Positions 39,025 through 49,475 of a stretch of 64,000 bases of DNA are shown one piece after another. Location: positions 1,967,225-2,031,224 of the forward strand of contig JADKHR010000001.1 in assembly GCA_016721625.1 (NCBI GenBank), written 5' to 3'. Source of the stretch: Elusimicrobiota bacterium (lineage in GTDB: Bacteria; Elusimicrobiota; Elusimicrobia; FEN-1173). Within the stretch, counting starts at the first letter, position 1; the number at the start of each line of letters is the position of its first letter. The notes under the pieces are model-generated. The model did not search any database and was not told where the DNA came from. It saw only the letters and a list, made by a program, of their open reading frames with translations. Both the position numbers and the translations under genes were made by a program.

Positions 39025-39897
39025 TTGATGACCCATGTATTCATCGTCAATGATTTAAAGGGGGTCCGAAAGATCGTTGAACAAAAAGCGGGCGGACCTT
39101 TCTCGTATTTTGTTTTCAGGGAACATGCCCATGGTCCAGAATCCAACGAGCTCAAAAAGGCCGGGGGAATTGAGATCAAGGCCGGAAAACTCTTTTCGGA
39201 GGTTAACGCGCATTTTCGGGACGATTTCGTTTCTTGGATGGGGGCGCTCAATAACGCCGGTCATTCCCCGTTCTGGGACGGATTGGACCTGGCCGGGAAA
39301 AGCGCCCTTTCCACGCGGGTCTGCGAACGCGTTTTTTATACGGACTGTTTGACCCGCCTTTTGAAATACGACGGCGAGGATTTGGTGATCGTCTTTGATG
39401 ATGCCGCTGTCCTCCGGCAAATAAAACGCAACTTTAAAAACAGGATCATCCGTGATTTCAGCGTCGGGAAACCGCTCGGACTAAGAATTCTCACGGATTT
39501 TCTTCCGGGAAAGGTCCTCCATCGATTCGTAGTTTCCGTTTTCCGAAAAACAACCGCTGGGCCAACCCCTTTTCCAACGGGCCTCCAGCGCCTGGTCGTT
39601 GTTAAGACAGTCCTCAGTGAGGGATCCTTTGACGTCGCGGGCGCTTATCGGGATCTCTACTTCGGGGATCTTCTCCCTTACCTGCAAGAGAGGCAAAAGA
39701 ATTTATTGGTCGTTGGCATCGTTCTAAACGCTTATCGACAAACGGTGGAATACCTGCGGCGAAGCGGGACCCTCCAGGTGTATTCCATCGAGCAGTTGCT
39801 GAGCGTGTTCGAATTGGTCGGGATTTTTATTCGCGCGGTGTGGATGTTTTATTCTCGCCTTTTTACGATCTCCGGGTTCCCCGTTTCCGAGGAATGA
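39025..39897 (+). CDS. hypothetical protein
   Basis: 290-aa ORF, protein-like composition, no recognised motif; stop overlaps next start (ATGA). Confidence 0.4.
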   Translation: MMTHVFIVNDLKGVRKIVEQKAGGPFSYFVFREHAHGPESNELKKAGGIEIKAGKLFSEVNAHFRDDFVSWMGALNNAGHSPFWDGLDLAGKSALSTRVCERVFYTDCLTRLLKYDGEDLVIVFDDAAVLRQIKRNFKNRIIRDFSVGKPLGLRILTDFLPGKVLHRFVVSVFRKTTAGPTPFPTGLQRLVVVKTVLSEGSFDVAGAYRDLYFGDLLPYLQERQKNLLVVGIVLNAYRQTVEYLRRSGTLQVYSIEQLLSVFELVGIFIRAVWMFYSRLFTISGFPVSEE

Positions 39898-40810
39898 GTC
39901 TGCAACGGATTGTGCAGGATTCGGTGATGGAGGAATTGAGGGCGAGCCTGAATATGGTCAAAATGATGAATTCGCTTACGACAAAGAAAATCGTCGAACA
40001 AAACGATGTGGAGCGGTTCATTCTGCCCTATGAAAACCGCGGTTGGGAACGAGCGGATATGATGGTTCTTCGCGCCCTCAGCAGGCAGACCCGCGTCATT
40101 GGATATCAGCACGCCGCCATCACCGGGAAGCACACCGAATATTGTCTTTCGGCGGCGGAAGCCCTTCCCCTCCCAGACGTCCTTGTTTCCATGGGAGAGG
40201 TAACCGCCCATATGCTCACCCATCGCGGGGGGTACCCCGAAGGGATCGTGAAAAGCGGGTGTGCCCTCCGACAGAAAGGCGGCGAAGTCAAAATCTTACC
40301 GCCCCGGCGACAGCCGGCCCATGTATTGGTGTTGCTTTCCACCAGTCCGGATTACTACGCACGGACTCTCTTTGCATTGAATAAGATCTTCAAGGCTCCC
40401 GGTGGTTATTCAATTCGTCTGCGCGCGCACCCGCTCATCCCGTTAAAAAACGATCTCCGCAAAACAATCGTCTTCCCTTATGGGGAGGATCATTCCTTGG
40501 AAGACGACGCGATCGACTGGGCGGACGTGGTTCTTTACAGTTCATCGACCACATTGGTTCTGAATTGTGTGCAACGCGGAAAACCTGTATTCTATGTTCC
40601 AGTCGATGATTATTTGGATTCGACCCCCTTTACGAGTCGGCGGACATTAAATGGGTGGTTCGCACCGCTGATGCGTTTCATCAGGCCATGGCGGAATTGG
40701 GTAGCATGGACCCAGCCCGATGGCAAGCGCGGGTGACCCAGGCTCAGGCATACGTCGGGCGTTATTTCGGACCCGTTTCTAAATCAGCGATGAACATATT
40801 CCTTGAATAG
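39894..40810 (+). CDS. hypothetical GT-B-like protein (TagF/capsule-biosynthesis-like C-terminal region), one frame change
   Basis: ATG 39894; ...DWADVVLYSSSTTLVLNCVQRGKPVFYVPVDDYLDS... resembles the donor-binding region of TagF-like glycosyl/glycerophosphotransferases; C-terminus continues in another frame from ~40625 to stop 40808-40810. Confidence 0.35.
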
Positions 40811-40819
40811 GATGTCCCG

Positions 40820-41740
40820 GTGAACTTTGGTTTCGTCGTGCCCACAAAAAATAGGCCCCAGGAAATGGGGAGGCTCCTCGCGAGCTTGGAGCGACAGTCG
40901 GTTTTGCCGGCGGCCATCGTCATCGTGGATGGGGGCTCCTACTCCCTTCAGGCCCTCCTCGAGCAACACACGACCATTCCCATTAAATACATCCGCGAAA
41001 AAACCTCCATCACCGAAGCGCGAAACAGAGGGATTGCCGAACTGGATCCCGCGATCGAGCACATTGGATTCCTCGATGACGATCTCGTGTTTGAACCGAG
41101 AGCGTTGGAAGCGTTGATGCGGTTTTGGTCCACGGCGGATGCGTTGGTGGGCGGAGCGGGCTTCAATATCGTTAACCACCCCGTCCGGAGAACCGGCAAC
41201 ATTCTCAAATGGCCCTTTTTCCTTGATTGCAAATCGGAGGGGAAAATATTGCGGTCAGGGTATAACACCACCTACTGCCCGGTGGAAACAACACAAAAGG
41301 TCAGTTGGTTGTACGGCGGAGCCACTATGTGGAAAAGGGAAGTTCTTTCGACTTTTAGGTTTGATGAGTGGTACGAAGGCTACGGCCTTATGGAAGACAT
41401 CGATTTTAGTTACAGCGTTTCAAAAAAATATGACCTTTACGTTGTCTCGGGAGCGGCCGTTCTTCATCTGCACGCTCCGGGTGATCGCGTTGCGGATTTC
41501 ACGTTTGGGCAAATGCAGATCATCAACCGATATAATTTCGTCAGGAAACATCCGGAATTGTCTTTCCCTCTTTTTTGGTGGGCCAGTTTTGGACAGGCAT
41601 TGGAAAATTTTGCCCGTTGGATCGTTTTCAAAAAGAGGTCGTTCATTTCGAAATGTTTTGGAAATGTGGCCGGGATGGTCCGGTTGCTTTTCAATTCACA
41701 GACAAAGATCCGGCTTAACGAGAGATCTCAAAAACGATGA
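40820..41740 (+). CDS. glycosyltransferase family 2
   Basis: GTG start; ...FGFVVPTKNRP..., ...IVIVDGGS..., DxD-like ...FLDDDL... Confidence 0.65.
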   Translation: MNFGFVVPTKNRPQEMGRLLASLERQSVLPAAIVIVDGGSYSLQALLEQHTTIPIKYIREKTSITEARNRGIAELDPAIEHIGFLDDDLVFEPRALEALMRFWSTADALVGGAGFNIVNHPVRRTGNILKWPFFLDCKSEGKILRSGYNTTYCPVETTQKVSWLYGGATMWKREVLSTFRFDEWYEGYGLMEDIDFSYSVSKKYDLYVVSGAAVLHLHAPGDRVADFTFGQMQIINRYNFVRKHPELSFPLFWWASFGQALENFARWIVFKKRSFISKCFGNVAGMVRLLFNSQTKIRLNERSQKR

Positions 41741-41761
41741 AAGCGCTGAACTCCTCCGCCC

Positions 41762-42793
41762 ATGGCGTCGCTGGGCGCCGTCCTCGTTAAGGGACCGATG
41801 CCCCCACCCAAGCCCCCTTTGTTTGGGGAATCCATCACGATGGCGGTGGTCATCCCGGCCTATAACGCGGAGGACTTTATTGCCCGTTGTTTGGAGAGCG
41901 TTTACTCTCAATCCCGGCCTCCTGACGAAATCATTGTGGTGGACGACGGGTCCACCGATCATACGCCCGATTTGCTTGAAAAGGGGGGAGGTCGAGTAAA
42001 AGTCCTTCGCACCCGAAACAACGGATTGGCGGCCGCGCGAAATGCGGGGTTTTCTCTAACCCAATGCCGATACGTGGCGTTCCTTGACGCCGATGACTAT
42101 TGGCCGTCTCATAAGTTGGAAGTTTACAATGATTACGCCCGCCGTTATCCCCGGGTGGGTTTGTTTTACAGCGATTATTATTGTTTTAGGTCAGAGAAAG
42201 TGTATCGCCGCGTTCGCGCGGGGGCTCCAGGCTCAAACCCCTTCTTCCAAATGTTAAAATACAATTGCGTGGCTTCCTCCGCCGCCATGGTCGACAGGGA
42301 TGTCTGGCAACGTGTGGGGGGGCTCCGAGGAGGCTTCTCTCATCCCGCCGGGGTGGTGGATTGGGATTTCTTTCTGAAAGCCGCGCAAGTGACGCCCTTT
42401 CAGTATATTCCCGAGCCCCTTATGTTCTACCGGGTGCACGAAAAAAGCGCGATGCAGACGAGGCAGGAAGCCATGTGGAAAGATTCCGTCCGCGTGGTCC
42501 TTTGGCATTCAAAAAACAATTCTGTTCCGCTCCAAGTGAAAAAGGAGGCCCTCGCGGCCCTCTTTTATCAAAGCGGTCTGCGGTGGTTGACGGCTGGATT
42601 TCCGAAAAAGGCCCGCGATCATTTTTTTCGCAGTCTGAGGTTTTCTTTTGGATCTTCCCCGAGCGCCGTTCTTTTTTTGGTTTCCCTGGGTGGGGCGAGA
42701 GTCATTTCTTCATTGTTGGCCCTCCGTCGTTACCTGTCTCGACTGTTCACTCTGGTTTCAAAATCCAACGATGGGTCACGGGGATGGAGTTGA
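41762..42793 (+). CDS. glycosyltransferase family 2
   Basis: ...MAVVIPAYNAEDFI..., ...IIVVDDGSTDHT..., ...FLDADD...; possible true start at ATG 41840. Confidence 0.75.
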   Translation: MASLGAVLVKGPMPPPKPPLFGESITMAVVIPAYNAEDFIARCLESVYSQSRPPDEIIVVDDGSTDHTPDLLEKGGGRVKVLRTRNNGLAAARNAGFSLTQCRYVAFLDADDYWPSHKLEVYNDYARRYPRVGLFYSDYYCFRSEKVYRRVRAGAPGSNPFFQMLKYNCVASSAAMVDRDVWQRVGGLRGGFSHPAGVVDWDFFLKAAQVTPFQYIPEPLMFYRVHEKSAMQTRQEAMWKDSVRVVLWHSKNNSVPLQVKKEALAALFYQSGLRWLTAGFPKKARDHFFRSLRFSFGSSPSAVLFLVSLGGARVISSLLALRRYLSRLFTLVSKSNDGSRGWS

Positions 42794-44321
42794 AGCCTTC
42801 CCCGCCTCCTTTGGCGGTTCGAGCGGATGCTGGGCCCGCCATGGGGACTGGGCATATGATGCGTTGTATCGCGCTGGGGCAGGCTTGGCGCGCTTTGGGA
42901 GGCCGGGTCGTTTTTCTAACGGCGAACAGCCTTCCCTCTCTTTTGTCTCGAATACCTGGAGGGATTTCGTCATTCCCCTTTTGACGGTTCGAGCCGGCGG
43001 CCGGTCGGACGCTGTCAAAACGGCGGACGCGGCGCGGAGGTTCGGGGCTCGCTGGGTCGTGGTCGATGGATATCATTTCGGGCCCGGCTATCGAGAGATT
43101 TTGCAAAAAAGCGGATTTCGCGTTTTGTGGGTTGACGATCTCGGCAGTTCCGAGAATTGTTTTTCAGACATTGTTGTGAATCAAAACCTTCACGCCAAGC
43201 CGAACCTTTATCCTCGCCGTGAGGCCCGCCCCCGGTTGATGTTAGGGTCCCGCTACGCGTTGTTGCGAAACGAGTTCTCCGCTTTCCAGCGGCGATCCGC
43301 TCGGCATTCAACAGTGAAACGAATATTGGTTTCGGGCGGGGGAACCGATCCTAAAAACATAACGAGAACCGTTCTGAAGGCCTTGGCGAATGTTCCGGCT
43401 CCTCGGTTTGAGATCGACGTCCTTCTTGGCGGAGGGTATCGTAAGGCGTGGTCCCTCGCCGGATGGGCACGCCGGGCGGGTGTTCATCGGGTTCACGTTC
43501 ACAAAAACCCAAGAAATATCGCTTTTCTGATGTCTCGTGCCGACCTGGGAATCCTGGCGGCCGGATCCACTTGTTTGGAAATCGCTCGATTGGGGCTTCC
43601 GGCTATTCTCGTGGCCCAATCTGACAACCAAACCAACATCGCCCATTCAATGCATCAAGAGGGTGCCGCCTGGAGCCTGGGGTCCATCGCTTCCTTGTCG
43701 GTAGGGGAAATCCGGGATCGAGTCGAATGGTTGGCGCGATCGCCATCGGTTCGTAAACGAATGTCTCTAAGAGGAAAACGGCTCGTTGATGGAAAAGGGG
43801 CCAAGCGCGTGGTGGCCATGATGCAGGACATGGCTTCGCCAAGGGTTCCCTTTGTTCTTCGACGCGTCCGTCCCTCCGACTGTCGAAGGTTGTGGAATTG
43901 GGCGAACGACCCGGCCGCCCGCGCGGCAAGTTTTTCTGAAACCCGTATTCCATGGGGGCCCCACCAGGCCTGGTTTAAGGAACGACTTAATAATTCCCAT
44001 TGTGTTATTTTCGTTGCCGTTCTTCGACAGGGGAAATCCATTGGAAGTGCGCGTTTTGAACGCCGAAAGATCGGTTGGGTGATTTCCGTTTTTGTCGAGA
44101 GGACCTATCGTGGGCAAGGGCTTGGATCCAGTCTCATCCGAACGGCGGCATGCGCGTTCATGAGGGACACCGGAGAAAAGGTTGTGAACGCTTATGTGAA
44201 GCCCACCAACGGCGCTTCTCTCCAAGCTTTCCTTCGAGCGGGGTTTCGTCAAAGGGCGAAAACGCGCATTTCAAACACTCCGGCCTATTGGTGTGTGTTA
44301 ACCACGGAAGATTGTCAATGA
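42784..44321 (+). CDS. pseG: bifunctional PseG-like UDP-sugar hydrolase / PseH-like GNAT acetyltransferase (one frame change)
   Basis: N-terminus ...LAVRADAGPAMGTGHMMRCIALGQAW... (PseG-like) in frame 1, continuing after a frame change at ~42950 in frame 0 (...WVVVDGYHFGPGYREILQKSGFRVLWVDDL...); C-terminal GNAT domain ...FVERTYRGQGLGSSLIRTAACAF... Confidence 0.65.
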
Positions 44322-45417
44322 ACGAACCCACAGCGATCCGCGATCGGAACGTTGGAGACGGGAACCCGGTCTACATCGTGGCGGAGATGTCGGCGAATCA
44401 CGGGGGGGACTATTCCAGGGCTGTGAGAATACTGCAGGAGGCCAAGACCGCCGGGGCTGACGCGGTCAAACTTCAGACCTACACGGCCGATACCCTCACG
44501 ATAAAATCCGAGCAGGACTGTTTTCGAATCGGCCATGGTTCTTTGTGGGAAGGAAAGCGGCTTTACGACCTCTATCAGGAGGCGTACACCCCTTGGGAGT
44601 GGCATCCGAAGCTGAAGGAAGTGGCCCGACGCTTGGGTTTGGATCTTTTCTCCTCGCCCTTTGACGCCACCGCCGTGGAATTTTTGGAAACAATGGATGT
44701 TCCTTGTTATAAGATTTCGTCATTCGAGATCATCGATATCCCGTTGATCCGGCGCGTGGCGCGAACCGGAAAGCCCATGATCCTGTCAACGGGAATGGCC
44801 ACCCGGGAGGAAATTGACGAAGCGGTGCGCGAAGCCCGCACCCACGGAGCCCGTGGGATCGTTCTTCTTAGTGTCAGCGCCTATCCGGCGCCGGCAGAGG
44901 AAATGAATCTTCGCGCCATTCCGCGCCTCTCCCATGATTTCGGCTTTCCGGTGGGATTATCGGACCATACGCTTGGATCGGCCGCCCCCGTGGCCGCCGT
45001 TGCGTTGGGGGCCTGTCTCATGAAAAACACTTTACGCTTTCCCGTTCGTTTGCCGGTCCGGATAGTTCGTTTTCAATGGAACCCACGGAGTTCAAGGCCA
45101 TGGTGGAAGCTGTTCGTGGAACGGAGAAAGCTCTCGGAAAATCTGATTACGTTTTGGGGGAGAAAGAGAAGGCGAGTCGCGCTCTCCGGCGCTCTCTGTT
45201 TGTGGTCCAAGAGATGGCGTCGGGCGACGTTTTCACCGAGACCAACGTCCGTTCCATTCGGCCGGCGAACGGGTTGCCTCCCCGTCATTACGCGGAGGTG
45301 TTGGGCCGCCGCTCGACGCGTGGGATACAACGCGGGACGCCGTTGACGTGGGACCTTGTGGAAAAAATAGGGGATGGAATGATCAAAGATACGGGGAAAT
45401 CCAGGAGCGAAAAATGA
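44318..45417 (+). CDS. pseI: pseudaminic acid synthase-like NeuB-family enzyme (PseI-like), one frame change
   Basis: ...VYIVAEMSANHGGDYSRAVRILQEAKTAGADAVKLQTY...GKPMILSTGMAT...GLSDHTLG...; frame change at ~45032 (ctcatgaaaaacac); then ...EKHFTLSRSFAGPDSSFSMEPTEFKAMVEAVRGTEKALG... with SAF-like C-terminus. Confidence 0.75.
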
Positions 45418-46391
45418 CCTTGTTTGTGACGGGAGCGGGAGGATTTATCGGGAGCCATGTCGTTGAGTCTCTCCTCGATCGGGGCCATCGGGTCCGGGCC
45501 TTGGTCCACTATAATGGGGCGGGGCGAAGAGGTTTTTTGGACGAGCTCGATTCGAGGGGACGGGGAAGGCTCGACATTGTCGTCGGGGATGTTCGAGACA
45601 GTTCTCAAATGAACGCCTTGGTCCAGGGGTGCGACAAGGTGATTCATTTGGCGGCGTTAATCGCGATCCCTTACTCTTACCAGGCGGCGGAGTCTTATGT
45701 GGAGACCAACGTCCGGGGGACCTTGAATATTTTAGAAGCGTGTCGGCGAAATAAAGTGCGCCGCGTGATCGTAACGTCCACCAGTGAGGTCTACGGGACG
45801 GCCCAGCGGATTCCCATGACGGAACTTCATCCTCTTCAGGCCCAATCGCCTTACGCGGCGACCAAGATGGGGGCGGACCAATTGGCTTTGTCGTATCACC
45901 GAAGCCACGGGCTTCCCGTTGTGGTTTTGCGGCCGTTTAATACGTACGGCCCGCGCCAGTCCGCTCGGGCGGTTTTGCCCACGATCCTGACTCAAATCCT
46001 TTCGGAGCGGAAAACCATCTCCCTGGGGAACCTCGCCCCTCGGAGGGACCTGACCTTTGTGACCGACACCGCCCGCGCGTTCGTTGCGGCGTTGGATCGG
46101 AAGGGATTGGAGGGAGAAGTGATTCATTTCGGCCAAGGGTCTGCGGTCAGCGTCAAGGAATTGGCGGAGCGGTGTTTTTCTGTCTTGAAGAGGAAGGCGC
46201 GGGTGACGACGGCCGGGGGGCGCGTGCGTCCGAGGCAAAGCGAGGTGGATCTCCTTGTATGCGACGCCGCGAAAGCGCGGGAGAAATTGGGGTGGGAGCC
46301 TCGCACGTCTTTAGACGAAGGCATTCGGCGAACGGCGGCCTATATTGAAAAGCATCTAGCGGCCTATCGCCCCGACGAGTACGCGCGATGA
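45414..46391 (+). CDS. NAD-dependent epimerase/dehydratase (SDR family)
   Basis: AGGAG RBS; ...MTLFVTGAGGFIGSH... and catalytic ...SPYAATK...; start overlaps pseI stop. Confidence 0.8.
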   Translation: MTLFVTGAGGFIGSHVVESLLDRGHRVRALVHYNGAGRRGFLDELDSRGRGRLDIVVGDVRDSSQMNALVQGCDKVIHLAALIAIPYSYQAAESYVETNVRGTLNILEACRRNKVRRVIVTSTSEVYGTAQRIPMTELHPLQAQSPYAATKMGADQLALSYHRSHGLPVVVLRPFNTYGPRQSARAVLPTILTQILSERKTISLGNLAPRRDLTFVTDTARAFVAALDRKGLEGEVIHFGQGSAVSVKELAERCFSVLKRKARVTTAGGRVRPRQSEVDLLVCDAAKAREKLGWEPRTSLDEGIRRTAAYIEKHLAAYRPDEYAR

Positions 46392-47137
46392 GTCCCCTGT
46401 CACCCGAAAAAAACCGGGGGCTTCGCGCCGTCATTTTGGCCGGCGGCCGCGGACGCGCTTGCATCCTTTTTACCATCAACTTTCCAAAACCTCTGATGCC
46501 TGTTGGGGATCGGCCCATTCTGGAGGTGTTGATGGAGCGATTGGCGGCCCATGGGATCACGGACATCACGATCTCCGTCGGTCACTTGGCCGAACTGATT
46601 AAAGCTTACTTCGACCAAAGGCCCTTCTGGAAAGAAAAAATAACTTTATCGTTCGTACAGGAGGAAAAACCTTTGGGGACGGCAGGGGCCCTGTCGTTGG
46701 TTCCCGACCTCAACCAAACCTTTATCGTCATGAACGGGGATCTTCTTACCGATTTGGACTTCAGCGCGCTGGTGAAATTCCATCGGGAGAGTTCCGCTTC
46801 TTTGACCATCGCCGCCCATCGGCGTGAAGTGAAGATTGATTTGGGGGTTTTGGAGGTGGACGGGGAGCGCCGGGTTCGCGGGTATAAAGAAAAACCCGTC
46901 TCCTCCCTGGAAGTCAGCATGGGGATCTACGTCTATGAACCCCGCGTTCTCCGATGGATCCCCCGGGGAGAGCGGTTGGACCTTCCGGATCTGGTTTTAA
47001 AATTGATCGCCGCCGGGGAGCCCGTCTGTGCGTTCCCCAGCCAATGTCAATGGTTGGACATCGGCCGGCCGGACGATTATCGACAGGCGCAGGATTTAGT
47101 TTTGGGAGTAAAAGAAGCGTCGGTCTCGACGTTCTAA
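46388..47137 (+). CDS. sugar-phosphate nucleotidyltransferase
   Basis: ...AVILAGGRG...KPLMPVGDRPILE... NTP-transferase signature; ATGA overlap with upstream gene. Confidence 0.75.
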   Translation: MSPLSPEKNRGLRAVILAGGRGRACILFTINFPKPLMPVGDRPILEVLMERLAAHGITDITISVGHLAELIKAYFDQRPFWKEKITLSFVQEEKPLGTAGALSLVPDLNQTFIVMNGDLLTDLDFSALVKFHRESSASLTIAAHRREVKIDLGVLEVDGERRVRGYKEKPVSSLEVSMGIYVYEPRVLRWIPRGERLDLPDLVLKLIAAGEPVCAFPSQCQWLDIGRPDDYRQAQDLVLGVKEASVSTF

Positions 47138-47143
47138 CCCATC

Positions 47144-48052
47144 GTGCGACTCTTGATCACGGGCAGTCGAGGGTATTTGGGATCTCGCCTTCTGGATTAT
47201 CTTCGGGCGCAGGATCCTCGCGCCTCGATCCTGGGAGTTTCCCGCCATTCCAGGCGCCAAGGGGAGTTGGCTTGCCAATTTGACAACGCCCTTTCTGTTA
47301 GGAAAACCCTTGTTTCCAACCGGCCGGATATTGTTTTCCATTGCGTTGGAACAACCCTGCCGGGGCCGTGGGAAGCGCTCGTTCGAGCGCACCTTCTTTC
47401 GACCATAAACGTGTTGGAGGCGGTGCGCGCCTTCCCGGGGAAGAAGCCCCGGGTGGTGATCATCGGGTCCGCCGCGGAATACGGAGCTGGGAAGCCGGGG
47501 GCGCGTTTTTCCGAGAAGGACACTCCCCGCCCGGAAACACCCTACGGTCTTTCCAAATACCTCCAAACCTCGTTGGCCATGGCCTATGCCAGGCTCGGGG
47601 TTCCGGTCGTAGCGGCGCGGTTGTTCAATTTGTTGGTGCCGGACGCTCCTCCTGCCTTTGCGGTTTCCCGCGTCATCGGTTTGCTTCGAGGGATTCCTCG
47701 GGGAGCTTCTTGTCATTTAAAAGTCGGGCCGATGAACGCGATCCGGGATTTCCTTCCCCTGGAAGAGGTGTTCCGGGCCCTGTATCTTTTGGGGAGGGAT
47801 GGAAAGCCGGGTGAAATTTATAACGTGTGTTCGGGTCAAGGGACCCGCATGGGAGATCTTTTTGATGCCCTGGCTGACGCGGCGGGGGTTCGCGTTGATT
47901 GGGGGATGGAGGGAAAAGGGTCCCAACGGTTCCACGCTTCCATCTCTGTCGGCAATGGGGCCAAGATCCGCCGCCACACCGGTTGGTTTCCGAAATCAAG
48001 CTTCTCAACTGCCGTGAAAACGTTGGTCCGCCCAATGGGAAAGAATAGGTGA
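47144..48052 (+). CDS. NAD-dependent epimerase/dehydratase or NDP-sugar reductase (SDR family)
   Basis: GTG start; ...RLLITGSRGYLGS... and ...TPYGLSKYL... motifs. Confidence 0.7.
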   Translation: MRLLITGSRGYLGSRLLDYLRAQDPRASILGVSRHSRRQGELACQFDNALSVRKTLVSNRPDIVFHCVGTTLPGPWEALVRAHLLSTINVLEAVRAFPGKKPRVVIIGSAAEYGAGKPGARFSEKDTPRPETPYGLSKYLQTSLAMAYARLGVPVVAARLFNLLVPDAPPAFAVSRVIGLLRGIPRGASCHLKVGPMNAIRDFLPLEEVFRALYLLGRDGKPGEIYNVCSGQGTRMGDLFDALADAAGVRVDWGMEGKGSQRFHASISVGNGAKIRRHTGWFPKSSFSTAVKTLVRPMGKNR

Positions 48053-48227
48053 CGGCCCCTCTGGTAAAAAAATGCGGCTCGGAATCTTTTATCCTTGGGC
48101 CCTCGAGTGAGTGGGGAAATGATGATCTGGGACCGACCCACCGCGTTCTCTTTGGGTTCGGGGGGTCGGTTTCCGAGGACCTATTCGATCGCAGAGCGAT
48201 CTTACGGAGACCGTTTTCGGAATCTGC

Positions 48228-49331
48228 GTGATGGGAAAAAAAATCCGAGTCCTCCATGTTACGGTGGGATTGAACATCGGCGGAACGGAAAAACTTCTTT
48301 CGAGATTGGCGGCCGCAATAAATCCCGAACGCTTTGATGTCTCGGTCCTCTGTCTGAAATCCTGGGGGATCGAAGCCGAATATTTGCGGCAACACGGCCT
48401 TCGTGTGTTTGCTCTGGAGGGGAGGGGGTGGTGGGATGTTCGTCTGGGATTCAGGCTCTTCAGATTTTTTCGTCATCACTCGTTCGAGGTCGTCCACTCT
48501 CATTTAGCCATCGCGAATGTGGTCGCGGCGATTTTTAAAAGCAAGGGTCGGTTGGTTTGGCATATCCATGAGATGGGCGAGGGAACCTCTTGGCTTTTTC
48601 GAAAGGCGGAAAGGTGTCTGGGGGCGCGGGCGGATGTGGTTTTGGCCGTCTCAAAAGCGGTGGCACGGGCCTTCTCTTCTCGGACGGGTAGGGAGGATTC
48701 GAGAGTGCGGGTCTTCCCAAACGCGATTCCGTCCGAGAAAAAAGGGAACCCACTCAAAGAAAAACTTCCCGTCCCTTGGCCCGAACCCCGCCAGGTCATT
48801 GGTTTTGTTGGGCGGCTGGACGACGAGATCAAGGGGATTCGTGTTCTTCTTCAGGCGGCGAAGCGGGTCGTTCAAAAAGCACCCACGGCGAGGTTTTTAA
48901 TTGTGGGGGATGGCCCCGATCGCCAGGTGCTGGAAAAAACTTCGGAAACATTAGGGTTGAAAGATTTTGTTTCCTTTACGGGTGAAATTCCAAACGCGGC
49001 CGGCCATTTCTCTGAGTTCGATCTCTTCGTTCTCCCCTCCCGGTTTGAAGGTTTCGGAATCGGTTTGCTAGAGGCCATGTGGGCCGGGTGCCCCGTGGTG
49101 GCCACAAGAACCGGAGGCATCCCGGAAGTCATCCTAGACGGCGAGACGGGTTTGTTGGTTCCCCCGGAAGACCCCAAGGCTCTTGCCGACGCCCTTCTTC
49201 TATTGCTGACGGATCCGGAAAAGCGGAGCGCCATGGGGCGGAAGGCTTCTTCCCACATTGAAACCCATTTCCGGTGGGAAAAGTTTGTCGAAGATACAGA
49301 ATCAATTTACGAGAATTCGTTTGTTCCATAA
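48228..49331 (+). CDS. glycosyltransferase family 4
   Basis: ...RVLHVTVGLNIGGTEKLL... N-terminus and ...LPSRFEGFGIGLLEAMWAGCPVVATRTGGIPEVI... donor-binding signature. Confidence 0.8.
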   Translation: MMGKKIRVLHVTVGLNIGGTEKLLSRLAAAINPERFDVSVLCLKSWGIEAEYLRQHGLRVFALEGRGWWDVRLGFRLFRFFRHHSFEVVHSHLAIANVVAAIFKSKGRLVWHIHEMGEGTSWLFRKAERCLGARADVVLAVSKAVARAFSSRTGREDSRVRVFPNAIPSEKKGNPLKEKLPVPWPEPRQVIGFVGRLDDEIKGIRVLLQAAKRVVQKAPTARFLIVGDGPDRQVLEKTSETLGLKDFVSFTGEIPNAAGHFSEFDLFVLPSRFEGFGIGLLEAMWAGCPVVATRTGGIPEVILDGETGLLVPPEDPKALADALLLLLTDPEKRSAMGRKASSHIETHFRWEKFVEDTESIYENSFVP

Positions 49332-49475
49332 GAATGTATTCGGAGATGGCTTCGACGAGGAAACCGGTTACAAAACCTTTTTCTCTTTCCGGATGGTTTC
49401 CCGCGGGTCCGGTTGTTTGGCCGAGGGTTTTGGACGGGTTGGCCCTCTGAATGGGAATTGCAAAGGAGGCCGGCC

